A stretch of 64,000 nucleotides of DNA, from contig CAXXTF010000001.1 of NCBI GenBank assembly GCA_963665775.2, forward strand, positions 256,001 to 320,000. Reading direction: 5' to 3'. How positions within the stretch are numbered: the stretch's first letter is position 1; each line of letters begins with the position of its first letter. This DNA is from Dehalococcoidia bacterium. GTDB taxonomy: Bacteria > Chloroflexota > Dehalococcoidia > SM23-28-2 > RBG-16-64-32. The position numbers were made by a program, and so were the translations under genes. Under the pieces are notes generated by a model. That model did no database searches. It was not told where the DNA came from and worked only from the letters and a program-made list of their open reading frames with translations. This document shows, piece after piece, positions 49,260-60,541 of this stretch.

Positions 49260-50960
49260 ATGCCGTACGAGAACTATTGGACACGCCTCCAAAGAAGGCG
49301 GATGAATCGTCGCTGGTTCCTAAGAACATCTGCGGTTGGAGCGGGAGGACTGGCCGCCGCAGCAGTGGTGGGCTGCGGAGATGATGAGGAAACGGCGATA
49401 CCTACTCCAACAGCCACTCCCACTCCGGGAGCCACGCCAACAGCTGCGCCGAAGCGGGGCGGAACACTGAAGACTATCAGGCAGCTTGAGCCGCCAAATC
49501 TGGACCTCCATACGGTTGCCACTGTCTCTTTATCGGCGTCAGGTCCAGCAATGGCCTATAGCCGACTTGTGAAGCTAGATACGGGACCCGAGGGGCTGCA
49601 GAAGAACACCATCATAGTGCTGCCGGATGCGGCTGAGATGTGGGAGGTCCCCGATCCACAGACGTATATCTTTCAGCTTCATCGCGGGATGAAGTTCTTC
49701 GATATTGCGCCAGTTAGCGCTCGGGAAGTGGTCGCGGACGACGTCGTGTACAGCTTTAACCGGCAGATCGACGAGGGGGTCAACAAGAGCCAGCTAGGGC
49801 CGATCAGCAGTATCGTGGCGGTGGACAGTCACACCGTACGCATCGAGATAACCCGCCCGGACGTCGACCAGCTCGGAACCTTTGCGGAAACTCACAATAG
49901 GATCGTTGCCAAAGAGGCGGTGGAGGTGAACGGGCACCTCGAGGACCTGCCGGTGATAGGCAGTGGTGCTTTCATGGTAGATGAGTGGACATCAAAACAG
50001 TTCCTGCGATACGTCCGCAACCCCAATTACCACCTGGGCGACCTACCGTACTTCGATGCCATCGAAGAGACGTTTAACAGAGACCGGCCTATATTCTTGG
50101 AAGCTTTGCGCCTGGGCAGGATCCACACGAGTGGTGTGCAGGGCACAGGAAATCTTAATCCCGACGAGGCGGCCGCCCTGGCGGATGCTGTGCCCGAGAT
50201 GGTGATCTTCACGCGAGCGAGCTCGGCGGTGACAGGCCTGTACGCCCATGCTCAGCAGCCCCCAACAAATGACGTGCGTGTGCGTCAAGCCCTCGGGATG
50301 GCTATTGACCGCCAGGCCTTCATCAATGACCTCTTGCAGGGTAACGGGCAACTTGGATCGGGGGTCAGACTACCTACCGCCCGGGCAGAGCTGTCCCAGA
50401 CGGAGCTCGGCACGCTGCTTGCTAGGGATATAGAGGGCGCGAGGAACCTATTAAGCGAAGCGAACGTTACGGACTGGACACCTGAACTGCTGATATCGGC
50501 CCGCAATCCGGTGCCCGGTGAATTCGTTCAGGCACAGCTCAGAGAGATCGGGGTCAATGCCACTACCGATACATACGACGTCCCGCGGCTTACTGAGCGA
50601 ATCTACAATCACGAATTCGAGATACTGTTGGGCGGAAGTGGTCGCGGGTCAACTACAAATGCGGACCTTGATGTTCGTTTTCACAGCGGTGGCTCAATCA
50701 ACATTCCCGACATCCGTGACGCCCAGTTGGACACATGGATCGAGCAGCAAGCCTCAGAGACCGACGAGGACACGCGCATCGATCTGTTGAAGAGAATCCA
50801 GCGGCGAATCATTGAGTTGGCGGTGCCCAGCCCCATCGCGGCCCAAAACCAAATAGGTGCCTACAGACCAGAACTAAAGGACTGGGCGCCCGGTTTGGGC
50901 GGCGATTACTGGGTGTCCGAAATCTATGACGGCGCTTGGTTCGATTCAGCGGCCGGTTAA
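49260..50960 (+). CDS. Family 5 ABC substrate-binding protein with Tat lipoprotein signal
   Basis: RRWFL...VGCG, PKRGGTL, DVVYSF, DVRVRQAL. Confidence 0.9.
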   Translation: MPYENYWTRLQRRRMNRRWFLRTSAVGAGGLAAAAVVGCGDDEETAIPTPTATPTPGATPTAAPKRGGTLKTIRQLEPPNLDLHTVATVSLSASGPAMAYSRLVKLDTGPEGLQKNTIIVLPDAAEMWEVPDPQTYIFQLHRGMKFFDIAPVSAREVVADDVVYSFNRQIDEGVNKSQLGPISSIVAVDSHTVRIEITRPDVDQLGTFAETHNRIVAKEAVEVNGHLEDLPVIGSGAFMVDEWTSKQFLRYVRNPNYHLGDLPYFDAIEETFNRDRPIFLEALRLGRIHTSGVQGTGNLNPDEAAALADAVPEMVIFTRASSAVTGLYAHAQQPPTNDVRVRQALGMAIDRQAFINDLLQGNGQLGSGVRLPTARAELSQTELGTLLARDIEGARNLLSEANVTDWTPELLISARNPVPGEFVQAQLREIGVNATTDTYDVPRLTERIYNHEFEILLGGSGRGSTTNADLDVRFHSGGSINIPDIRDAQLDTWIEQQASETDEDTRIDLLKRIQRRIIELAVPSPIAAQNQIGAYRPELKDWAPGLGGDYWVSEIYDGAWFDSAAG

Positions 50961-51083
50961 TCACTTCCGACCTGGAGAGGTTACTGGAGGTACAGGAGCG
51001 GGAAACGAGGGCATCAGCGACAAGCCTACAGAGGGCAAGCCGGCGGCAGATGCCTGCCGAAGACGATCCGATGGGAGCTACCG

Positions 51084-53528
51084 ATGAGAGCGGTTTGCGG
51101 GGGACTGCGGGTGATCGACTTCAGCTGGGGAATGGCCGGAGGCATCGCCACGATGGTTCTTGCCGACAATGGCGCTGAGGTCATCAAGGTCGAGCCGCCC
51201 ACGGGGGATCCGTTCAGACATCTTCCAGCATTCCGTCAGTGGCATCGCGGAAAGAAAAGTTTAGTTCTAGATCTCAAGACCGCGTACGGCAAGCACACCG
51301 CTCAAAGTCTGGCAGCAACGGCTGATGTTGTGACAGAGAGCTTCAGGCCGGGCGTCGCTGATCGCCTAGGCATCGGTTACGAAGAGCTCCTAACGAACAA
51401 CCCAGGTCTGGTGTATTGCTCTATCACCGGCTTCGGCGAGAGTGGCGCCTACGCACAGTACAAAGCCTATGAGGGCGTGGTGCAAGCCAAGGCAGGTCGA
51501 ATGAGCTGGTTTGGAGGCCAACTAGACCGGCCCGGCCCTGCCTTCGCTGCGGTGCCTGTGGCCAGTTTCGGCGCATCTCAACTGGCCCTCCAGGGTATCC
51601 TTGCGGCCCTTTACGTGAGGGAGAAGACGGGCCACGGCCAAAAGGTGCACACCAGTTTGCTCCACGCGGTCGGCTGCTACGATATGTTCAACTGGGCGAT
51701 TGGGCAGCTACGCGAGCGGTTTCCTAAGGATTTCCCGGCACTGCGGAGCTTGGGCCCATCCTATCATTATCTCGTTGCCGTCACAAAGGACGGCCATTGG
51801 ATTCAGTTCGCAAACGCGGGTCAGCGGCAATTCAGAGCGTTCCTCCGAGCCGTCGAAATGGAGGAGGTCTTTGAAGCGGTGGGCGCAGGTGATCAGAGAA
51901 TGGTCTTCCAAGCAACAACCTTTGAGGAACTGTGGGAGCTACTCCTGCTGAAGATTCAGGAACGATCTTTGGCCGAGTGGATGGACATCTTCCTGGCAGA
52001 CCCAGACATCTCTGTAGAGCCGATCCGTGATACGCAAAGTGCGATGGAGCATCCGCAGATGCTGCATAACGGACACGTCATCGAGATAGAGGACCCTGAG
52101 GTCGGAAAGATCAAGGAACTGGGACCATTGGTCCAGTTGGCCGCCACGCCCTCACAGATTGGCGGATCTTCTCCAGAATTGGGGAGGGACGCTGGGATGC
52201 TGCCGTTGCAAGGCCGCTCGAGCGCCGCAATTCTCCCCAATACCTCGAAACCGCCCAAGCATGCCCTCGACGGCGTAACTATATTGGAGTTGGCCAGTTT
52301 CTATGCCGGCCCATTCGGCACCAGCCTCCTCGCTGACCTTGGGGCACGGGTCATCAAGATCGAGCCACTGGATGGTGATCCTATGCGAGTAAGTGAGAAC
52401 GCGCTCAAGACCACGCAAGGCAAGGAGAGCATATGTCTCGACCTGAAGAGGCAACAGGGCAAGGAGATCTTCTATAGGTTGGCGGAGAAGGCCGACTTGC
52501 TCATGCACACTTATCGCGCCGGAGTGGCAGAACGTCTAGGAATAGACTATGGCACGCTGAAGCAGATCAACCCGAACCTAGTATACCTCTACGCCAGTGC
52601 GTACGGGTCCTCCGGACCCTTCGTTCATCGCCCCGCGTACCACCCCACTTTCGGCGCTATAAGCGGCGGGGCCGCCTATCAGGCAGGTGACGGGACTCCA
52701 CCCACACCTGGGCAAGACATGCCTATGGAAGACGTTCGCCGTATATCGCGCTGCCTATCTAAGGCCAACGAGGGTAATCCTGATCCGACCTCAGCTCTGG
52801 TGGCTGGTACAGCCCTCCTAATGGGCCTCCTAGCGCGGCAGCGAACGGGTAAGGGGCAGTATGTGGGGAGAACAATGCTCTGCTCTAACGCGTATGCCAA
52901 CTCCGATGACTTCATCGAGTTCAAAGGTAAGCGGCCCCGCAAGCCGGTAGATCCCGGCTGCTACGGTTTGGGCGCATTGTATCGGCTGTACCGATGCCGC
53001 CAGGGGTGGATCTTCCTCGCCTGCCTAACAGGCGATGAGTGGGAGCGCCTCTGCAGAGCCGTCGATTATAGTGAGCTCTCGGTAGATGGACGATTTAGCA
53101 ACGCTGAATCGCGCGTGAGGCACGATTCAGAGCTAGTCGCAATTCTAGAGGAAGTGTTTCTGCGTAGAACGGCCACACAGTGGGAGGAAGACCTGACCGA
53201 CCACGACCTAGGCTGCGTTGTCGCCGATGGCGGGGAATACTGGATCTTCTTCAACACGGATCCCCACGTTGATGCCAATTGCATGGCTGTAGAAGTGGAC
53301 CATCCAAAGTGGGGCACATATCGCCGCCACACTCCCAACGTCCAGATGTCACTCACGCCTGGTGTTGCTGGGCCGGGCAACCGAGCCGGTGAGCACTCGC
53401 GTCAAATCCTAGAAGAGTTGGGCTACAGCGCAACCCAAATCGATGATCTTGGCTTGACGAGTATTGTCGCTTGGCCCGGAGGGGCTGCGGCGCCGTTGGT
53501 CGGTGGCGCAGACAGTGGGGTGAGGTAG
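51084..53528 (+). CDS. Tandem two-domain family III CoA-transferase
   Basis: Close paralog of 44824-47229. Confidence 0.9.
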   Translation: MRAVCGGLRVIDFSWGMAGGIATMVLADNGAEVIKVEPPTGDPFRHLPAFRQWHRGKKSLVLDLKTAYGKHTAQSLAATADVVTESFRPGVADRLGIGYEELLTNNPGLVYCSITGFGESGAYAQYKAYEGVVQAKAGRMSWFGGQLDRPGPAFAAVPVASFGASQLALQGILAALYVREKTGHGQKVHTSLLHAVGCYDMFNWAIGQLRERFPKDFPALRSLGPSYHYLVAVTKDGHWIQFANAGQRQFRAFLRAVEMEEVFEAVGAGDQRMVFQATTFEELWELLLLKIQERSLAEWMDIFLADPDISVEPIRDTQSAMEHPQMLHNGHVIEIEDPEVGKIKELGPLVQLAATPSQIGGSSPELGRDAGMLPLQGRSSAAILPNTSKPPKHALDGVTILELASFYAGPFGTSLLADLGARVIKIEPLDGDPMRVSENALKTTQGKESICLDLKRQQGKEIFYRLAEKADLLMHTYRAGVAERLGIDYGTLKQINPNLVYLYASAYGSSGPFVHRPAYHPTFGAISGGAAYQAGDGTPPTPGQDMPMEDVRRISRCLSKANEGNPDPTSALVAGTALLMGLLARQRTGKGQYVGRTMLCSNAYANSDDFIEFKGKRPRKPVDPGCYGLGALYRLYRCRQGWIFLACLTGDEWERLCRAVDYSELSVDGRFSNAESRVRHDSELVAILEEVFLRRTATQWEEDLTDHDLGCVVADGGEYWIFFNTDPHVDANCMAVEVDHPKWGTYRRHTPNVQMSLTPGVAGPGNRAGEHSRQILEELGYSATQIDDLGLTSIVAWPGGAAAPLVGGADSGVR

Positions 53529-53530
53529 TC

Positions 53531-54481
53531 TTGCAGCAGTATTTGATCCGAAGGGTGCTCCTGATGATCCCCACCTTGATAATCGTGACCGTCATTATCT
53601 TCTCCATGGTGCGGATCCTGCCGGGCGATGTGGTCCTCCAGCAGGTATCCGAATATCCCGCGTACAGTGAAGACGAAATCGAAGCCCTCCGTGACAAGCT
53701 GGGCATCAACAGGTCTTGGCTCGCTCAATATCCCGAATGGCTCGGAGGCGTGGTTGTTGGCAATCTGGGTACATCCCTGTGGTCTAACGATGACATCGGA
53801 GCATTGATTATCGATCGAATTCCCGTGACTCTCGAGTTGGCCATCCTAGCATTCATCATGGCCAACAGCATTGCCCTCGTATTTGGTGCTATATCTGCAA
53901 TTCGACAGGACACATCCGTAGATTATGTCCTACGCGTCCTAAGCATAACTGGCCTGTCAATGCCTAACTTCTGGATAGCCACGATGGTGATTATCTTCGG
54001 CGCCCGCCTCTTAAATTATCTACCTCCGCTGAGATATACCCCCTTCATGGATGACCCGCTGACGAACTTAGAGCAATTTATTCTGCCAGCAGGTATTCTT
54101 GGTGTCGCCCTGTCGTCTAGCATCATGCGAATGACGCGTTCAGCAGTTCTCGAGGTCCTGCGCCAGGACTATGTCCGCACAGCCTGGGCTAAAGGTCTCC
54201 GGGAGCGGCAGATCGTCATCCGCCATGTTCTCAAGAATGCCCTCATGCCAGTAGTTACTCTGCAAGGTACCCAGCTCGCTTTCCTTTTGTCGGGATCCGT
54301 CATCATCGAGATCATCTTCAGTCTGCCGGGGATCGGGCTCCTGACATACGACTCCATCTTGAACCGAGACTACACCGTGGTACAGGCGACTACGCTGGTC
54401 TTTGGTGCGATCTTCATGTTGATTAATCTAACAGTTGATCTAAGCTATGCCTGGCTCGACCCGCGAGTCAAGTACAACTAG
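53531..54481 (+). CDS. Peptide/nickel-type ABC permease
   Basis: LPGDVV, GNLGTSL, DYVRTAWAKGL, LDPRV. Confidence 0.92.
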   Translation: MQQYLIRRVLLMIPTLIIVTVIIFSMVRILPGDVVLQQVSEYPAYSEDEIEALRDKLGINRSWLAQYPEWLGGVVVGNLGTSLWSNDDIGALIIDRIPVTLELAILAFIMANSIALVFGAISAIRQDTSVDYVLRVLSITGLSMPNFWIATMVIIFGARLLNYLPPLRYTPFMDDPLTNLEQFILPAGILGVALSSSIMRMTRSAVLEVLRQDYVRTAWAKGLRERQIVIRHVLKNALMPVVTLQGTQLAFLLSGSVIIEIIFSLPGIGLLTYDSILNRDYTVVQATTLVFGAIFMLINLTVDLSYAWLDPRVKYN

Positions 54482-54494
54482 GAAGTGTAAGAGC

Positions 54495-55490
54495 ATGGCA
54501 AGATCGTCCAGTTTTCAGAGCCGGGAGGAATTGTTCCATAGACAATCCTATCTGGTTCTCCTTGCCACGATCGGGACTCTTGGAAAAGGCCTGCGCACGT
54601 TCGCTCGTACTAAGCCTTTAGGGGCAGCGGGAGCCCTCGTTCTTGTCACAATGATCGTAATGGCGCTTGGCGCCGATTTAATCGCCCCCTATGATCCTCT
54701 GGCGATCGATACCCCTATCCGACTGAGCGCACCTAGCTGGGATCACTTTTTTGGCACCGACCAGCTGGGACGCGACCTATTGAGCCGCATCATCCATGCT
54801 ACTCGGCCATCTCTTTATACGGGCCTCATAGTTGTTACCGCAACCGCCTTTCTCGGCACCGTATTCGGCGTCACATCGGCTTACTTTGGCGGACCCTATG
54901 ATCTGCTGCTTCAACGGGTCGTTGATGCATTTCAGGCTCTCCCTGGCCTGATCTTCGCAATGGCCCTCGTCTCACTGTTTAGTTCGGGCATTCATATCTG
55001 GATTATTAGCTTGCCGGTCGTCTGGCACACCATACCCCTCGTGATCGTGGCGGTGTTGATCATCCTGATGACACCATCAACAATCCGTGTAGTTAGGGCG
55101 GCTACCTTTGGCGTGCTGAACAATCCGTACGTAGATGCTGCCAACGTCATCGGCTGTACTCGAGTGCGGATCATCGGGCGTCACCTGGTACCAAATATTA
55201 TGGCTCCGATCATCGTAGTCGCGTCAGTCCAACTGGGTGTCGTAATCTTAATCGAGGCAAGCCTTAGCTTCCTGGGCTTGGGTCTACCTCCGCCACACCC
55301 CAGCTGGGGTGGCATGCTTCAAGGTGACGGCCGGAATTACATGACTACTGCACCCTGGCTTGCCATTTTCCCTGGTCTAGCGATTACTTCGGCTGTCCTC
55401 GCCTTTAACCTGTTTGGAGACGGAGTTAGAGACGTCCTTGACCCACGGATGAGGGGGACTCGCGGTTCGGGCAAGATGGGCGGCCGATGA
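54495..55490 (+). CDS. Peptide/nickel-type ABC permease
   Basis: GTDQLGRDLLSR, EASLSFLGLG, GDGVRDVLDPR. Confidence 0.92.
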   Translation: MARSSSFQSREELFHRQSYLVLLATIGTLGKGLRTFARTKPLGAAGALVLVTMIVMALGADLIAPYDPLAIDTPIRLSAPSWDHFFGTDQLGRDLLSRIIHATRPSLYTGLIVVTATAFLGTVFGVTSAYFGGPYDLLLQRVVDAFQALPGLIFAMALVSLFSSGIHIWIISLPVVWHTIPLVIVAVLIILMTPSTIRVVRAATFGVLNNPYVDAANVIGCTRVRIIGRHLVPNIMAPIIVVASVQLGVVILIEASLSFLGLGLPPPHPSWGGMLQGDGRNYMTTAPWLAIFPGLAITSAVLAFNLFGDGVRDVLDPRMRGTRGSGKMGGR

Positions 55491-55714
55491 ATAAGACCCT
55501 CAATCAGTTAGTGGCGATAGGCTCTGCCTCTGAGGAAGCACCTAAGGTCTAACCTTCAACCTTTGTGGGGTGCCAAAATGTCGTCCGTATCTGGGCGGGG
55601 TTGACTTGATGAGGTGATTGGGCCAGCGTTGGGCCAGTACGTTCCAACAACGCTGTGTTGCCGCTCGCTACGGCGTTGGTCACGTTACCTTTGAGGTCCG
55701 GCATCGCCTGCTTC

Positions 55715-56987
55715 TGACCTGCCCCCCTAAACGCTACCACAGGCTATGTTAGTGTGGCCATCGCCGTAGTCTCCAGGGATGGCGCGGTGGAGCCCGGCCA
55801 TGGCACGATCGCTTGCGGTGCTGGCGGCCGGTAGCCGAGAGCGCTATGCGGGCGCACCTCGTTGTAGTTCCGTCGCCACCGCTCGCAGAGGACCTGTGCT
55901 TCCAGCACCGTGTCGAACACCTCCCCATTCAATAGTTCATCACGTAGCTTCCCATTGAACGACTCGATGTAGCCGTTCTCCCAGGGGCTCCCGGGCTCGA
56001 TATACAGAGTCTGCACGCCTACCCGCTCTAGCCAGGTCCGGAGCGCACGTGCCGTGAACTCTGGCCCGTTGTCCGAGCGCAGGTAGCGAGGCGTCCCGCG
56101 CTCGACGAAGAGCTGGGCCAGCTCTGCCAGCACGTCATCACTGGTGATCTGCCTCGCCACCTGGATAGCCAGGCACTCCCTTGTGAACTCGTCCAGCACC
56201 GTCAAGAGCCGCAGGGGACGGCCGTCGCTGGTGCGGGTAAACACGAAGTCGTAGCTCCAGACGTGGTTGGGCTCAGTCGGCCTGAGCCTAACGCAGGAGC
56301 CATCGGTCAGCCATAGCCGCCTCCGCTTCGGCTGCTTCGCCGGCACCTTCAGCCCTTCCCGCCGCCAGAGCCGCTCTACCCGCTTGTGGTTCACCCGAAA
56401 ACCCTCCTCTCGCAGCAGGGCGGTCACCCGTCGGTAACCGTAGCGCCCGTACTCGGTCGCTAGCTCCACCATCCGCCTCAGCAGCCTCCCTTCATCGTCG
56501 AGAGGAGAACCCCACCGCCGCTGCGTCGATCGCTCCTGCCCCAGAACCTGGCAGGCCCGGCGCTCCGAGACGACCGCGTGGCCCAACGCATTCCGCACCC
56601 AGGCCACCGCCTGCCGTCTCTTCGCCGGGCTCAGAAGTTTCCCTGCACCGCCTCCTTAAGGATGGCGTTGTCCAGGGAGAGGTTTGCTACCAGCTTCTTC
56701 AGCCGCAGGTTCTCCTGCTCCAGCTCCCGCAGCCGCTTGGCCTGTTGCCTCCTCAGGCCGCCATACTCCTTCCGCCAGCGGGAGTAGGTCTGCTCTGCCA
56801 CGCCCAGCTTCCTGCAGACCTCGGGCACGGCCAGGCCCTTAGCCAGCCCGACCTCCGCCTCCCTCAACTTGTTGATGATCTCCTCTGCCGTGTGACGCTG
56901 CCTGCCCAAGCCTTCTGCCCCCTTTCTCTGGTCCAGAACCCCTGATTACTAACATTGGGCCTGGACTCGTTTTCGGGGGCAAGGTCA
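55715..56987 (-). mobile_element. Apparently intact IS3-family (IS407-like) element
   Basis: Both ends present; orfA 56631-56909, orfB ending at 55744; GGGAAAC slippery heptamer at 56637-56643 for a -1 frameshift. Confidence 0.93.
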
Positions 56988-57323
56988 CATCGACATCAAC
57001 CAACGGACAAATTGACAGTAGCAAGTAAGGAGATTTACACTCAGGTGAATCAATTTCTAGCTATGCGAAGTCAAGTACTTTAATCCCTATTATACGCCGT
57101 CGCCACGACGGTCAGATGCGGCGGTATCCGGAGTTTCACGTCCTGGTATACAGCCGAGAAGTGTCGCTTGGCGGTTCCACTCTCTGCATTCGCTGACCGC
57201 AGCCACTGTAGGCCCAGATGCCCTCAACGCGGAGCCCCCACTCATATTGGGCACGATCGACACATAGTGTAATACGCGTGACAGTACGTGACCATTCCCA
57301 CCTGGCGCACTGGCGAATTGCGC

Positions 57324-58775
57324 CTATTCGAAAGCGTAGAGGTTAGCCCCTTCATCGACCACGTAAATCGCTTCGGCCGTGATCACGACATCACTACTGA
57401 TCCATTTCGCAGTCTGGAAGCTCCACCTGACGTCGCCCGTGTCAGAGCTAAGTGCGTAGAGGTGATCGCCCGCGCCTACGTAGAGCGTGTCGCCAGCGAC
57501 GGCCGGAGCACCCAGGACGGCTCCTGCACCTTGGTATGTCCATCTGGGCTCTCTAGTCTCTAGGTCCAAGGCCAACACTTGGCCACTGCTAGTGCCAAAG
57601 TAGAGAGCCCGTTCGGTTACAGCTGGCGGTGCTATCAGGGACTCGTCCACGAAGTAGCTCCACATGAGACCGCTGGGCAGTGGTGGTCGCGGCGCCACGC
57701 CCGCTAGCCATAGATTCGTCCATATGCCGCGCGTCGGCTCCCAGAAGGGTGCCCGTGTGTCGGTGTCGATGTCAAGTGCCAGAATGCCACCGACGTCAAC
57801 GGCTACATACGTCGTGCCCTCCAGGACTGCCGGAGTTCCCACCACGTTCCCCGACAAAATATTGTAGGTGAAGAAATTCTCGCCAGAACCGACATCAAAG
57901 TAGAAAATCTGGTCGCTAGTCGCCACCAGCATCCAATCGCCAGTCCAGGTCACCGCTGAACCGGGCCAGCTCTTCTCCACGTCCCCTTCCCACAACTTCT
58001 CTCCGGTCACAGCATCCACGCTGGTCAGCCGGCCCTTGTTGGCGCTCAGCACATAGACCGCCCCGTTCACCACTACCGGTGACCATAGAAGAGGGCCGGG
58101 CGCCCGAAACGACCACAGGATCTCTCCCACCTCCCGGTCCAGGGCCATCAGACGCTCATTTGCCAGGGCAACGTAGAGTCTCTCGTCGTCCACCGCCGGC
58201 GTGCCGTTGGCCGGTGCCCCCAGCGGCGTCTCCCAGCGCTTTGCCCCGCTAGTTACATCCAAGGCTACGGCTCGATTGTCGCTGGTGGCGACATAAACCA
58301 AACCACCGACCACGGCGGGTGCCGTGACGGACGATGCTTCCAGGTTGACGCTCCACTTCAGACGACCTGAGTGAGGCTGCTGCTCCGGTATAGAACGCGT
58401 GTGTGCCAGGTCATAGCCATACATTGCCCACTCGCCAGAGTTAGAATTAGAGCTGGTCATTGTGGATCCGGACGGAAGGGGCGAAGAGGGCCCTGGGGAA
58501 AGGCAAACTGCCATAAGGCCAGCTGCTGAGACGGTCAGCAGCCACACGAGAACGCGGCGACGCCGGCGTCCCCGGCGGACGTGGCGCTCCTGATCTGCAT
58601 CATGGCGCAACACCTCGCCCTCGCCGACTACACGCCCGCCCTCTAGGCGGCTCCGGCAGTCCTGACAGAAGGTCCCGCCGTATTCGTTAACCATGCCGCA
58701 GACGCGGCAAACTATCAGCTCGTGCTCGGAGCCTGCTTCGTCGGTCTGTGTCAATGGCGGCTTCTCACCTGTCAC
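57324..58775 (-). CDS. PQQ-like beta-propeller repeat protein with N-terminal zinc ribbon and TM anchor
   Basis: CRVCG...FCQDC, a TM segment, WAMYGYD, repeated ALD..TG...W units. Confidence 0.85.
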   Translation of the reverse strand: MTGEKPPLTQTDEAGSEHELIVCRVCGMVNEYGGTFCQDCRSRLEGGRVVGEGEVLRHDADQERHVRRGRRRRRVLVWLLTVSAAGLMAVCLSPGPSSPLPSGSTMTSSNSNSGEWAMYGYDLAHTRSIPEQQPHSGRLKWSVNLEASSVTAPAVVGGLVYVATSDNRAVALDVTSGAKRWETPLGAPANGTPAVDDERLYVALANERLMALDREVGEILWSFRAPGPLLWSPVVVNGAVYVLSANKGRLTSVDAVTGEKLWEGDVEKSWPGSAVTWTGDWMLVATSDQIFYFDVGSGENFFTYNILSGNVVGTPAVLEGTTYVAVDVGGILALDIDTDTRAPFWEPTRGIWTNLWLAGVAPRPPLPSGLMWSYFVDESLIAPPAVTERALYFGTSSGQVLALDLETREPRWTYQGAGAVLGAPAVAGDTLYVGAGDHLYALSSDTGDVRWSFQTAKWISSDVVITAEAIYVVDEGANLYAFE

Positions 58776-59110
58776 TCGGCTACAGCTACGAACTGTCGGT
58801 CACGGACGCCTTGCTTCCGCCCGAGATGACCGAAAAGGTTGCCGAAGTTCATCTGACTCGACCCAATTATACGCTTTTGAATGATTTTCTTGGCCATATT
58901 ATGTGCCTGAAAAGGTCCGTCGGTTATCCTGTAGGGCGGCAATAGTCAGAGCGCCTGTGCACGGCACCTCGCTCGTTCTAGTATGTGCCCGGCGCTCCCC
59001 CGAGCCAGATTCGGGCAGGTTCGGCCGTTACCGTCCCCGTTTCTCCCACCTTCTCCGCATCTGCCCTTAACTCGCCGCCACAGCAGAGTGATGAATGCAA
59101 CACGGCCTAA

Positions 59111-59188
59111 TGACCTTGCCCCCGAAAACGAGTCCAGGCCCAATGTTAGTAATCAGGGGTTCTGGACCAGAGAAAGGGGGCAGAAGGA
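59111..59188 (+). mobile_element. Isolated left end of the IS3 element
   Basis: Near-identical to the first ~78 bp of the copies at 41597 and 56987. Confidence 0.9.
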
Positions 59189-59344
59189 TCGGTGCTTATA
59201 TACTTGACGCAACAGAGCGTGACACAATTGGGGAGGGCTGCGAGGCCCGTTTCAGCGCCGCCATCACCTCGTCCCGCGTCGCTCCAGGCTCGTGCTCCTC
59301 TAGTTTCTTCGGTGGGTGCTTCTGACCTTGCGGGCCTCTGGGCA

Positions 59345-59536
59345 TTAGTCCCTAGCCTGCCGCGCCGCCATTGCGTCGAGACGCTGCTCGATCTCGTACA
59401 CCGCCTCGCGCGTGCGGTCGACCTTGTGCATGCTCCAGCGCGTCAGCCAGACCGGCATCCAGACACCGAGGGTGAGAACCATCGCGATGATGTGGACGCT
59501 GTGGTTGAAATCTTTGTCCTGGTGCGGTGCAGCCAT
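59345..59536 (-). CDS. Small single-TM hypothetical protein
   Basis: RBS AAGGAGG; NHSVHII..LTLGVWMPVW. Confidence 0.6.
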   Translation of the reverse strand: MAAPHQDKDFNHSVHIIAMVLTLGVWMPVWLTRWSMHKVDRTREAVYEIEQRLDAMAARQARD

Positions 59537-59609
59537 GAGATGCCTCCTTTATTAGTGGTTCGGACAAAAGTCCATCCCAAACGTATTATACCTTGCCGAC
59601 TGACGATAT

Positions 59610-60154
59610 TTGCATCGGAGTATGTGCTTGTGTGTCAACACGGTGACAAAGCTCCTAGTAGACGCTGGGGAAGCCTGCCAGAAGTTCCACGATGAAGCGG
59701 TCCGGGACGTTCCGTCCAGCCGGATTGAAGTTGATGAGATTTGGGCCTTCTGCTACGCCAAGGCCAGAACAGTGCCCCATGCTGTATCGGCCCCTGAAGG
59801 CGCCGGCGATGCATGGGACCTGGACTGGTATAGACCGGGACTCCAAGCTCATCCTCTCCTGGGCCGTTAGCCCTGGGCGCGGCGGCGAGTACGCTATAGA
59901 GTTTATGGACGATTTACGGTCCCGGCTGGCTAACCGAGTACAGATAACCACAGATGGTCACCGGGCTTACCTGGAGGCCATAGAGGGCGCTTTCGGCGGC
60001 GACGTAGACTATGCTCAACTGGTGAAGCTGTACGGGCCTGCATCAAGCTCAGAGGCGCAACGACGATACAGCCCAGCGGAGTGTATCGGTGCTAACAAGA
60101 TTCCGGTTGTCGGAACCCCCGATTGGGACTCAATCAGTACGTCGATAGTGGAGC
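59610..60154 (+). mobile_element. IS1-like transposase fragment, frameshifted and cut by IS3
   Basis: NTVTKLLVDAG, EVDEIWAF, WTGIDRDSKLI, QITTDGHRAY, ISTS.VE. Confidence 0.7.
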
Positions 60155-60480
60155 TGACCTGCCCCCCTAAACGCTACCACAGGCTATGTTAGTGTGGCCA
60201 TCGCCGTAGTCTCCAGGGATGGCGCGGTGGAGCCCGGCCATGGCACGATCGCTTGCGGTGCTGGCGGCCGGTAGCCGAGAGCGCTATGCGGGCGCACCTC
60301 GTTGTAGTTCCGTCGCCACCGCTCGCAGAGGACCTGTGCTTCCAGCACCGTGTCGAACACCTCCCCATTCAATAGTTCATCACGTAGCTTCCCATTGAAC
60401 GACTCGATGTAGCCGTTCTCCCAGGGGCTCCCGGGCTCGATATACAGAGTCTGCACGCCTACCCGCTCTAGCCAGGTCCG
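60155..60480 (-). mobile_element. Right-end fragment of the IS3 element
   Basis: Identical to 55715-56040. Confidence 0.92.
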
Positions 60481-60541
60481 CGGCGCTGAGCCTCGTGATC
60501 GTCGGCGCCTATCTCATCCTCGTCGCCAATCAAGGAAGCTC

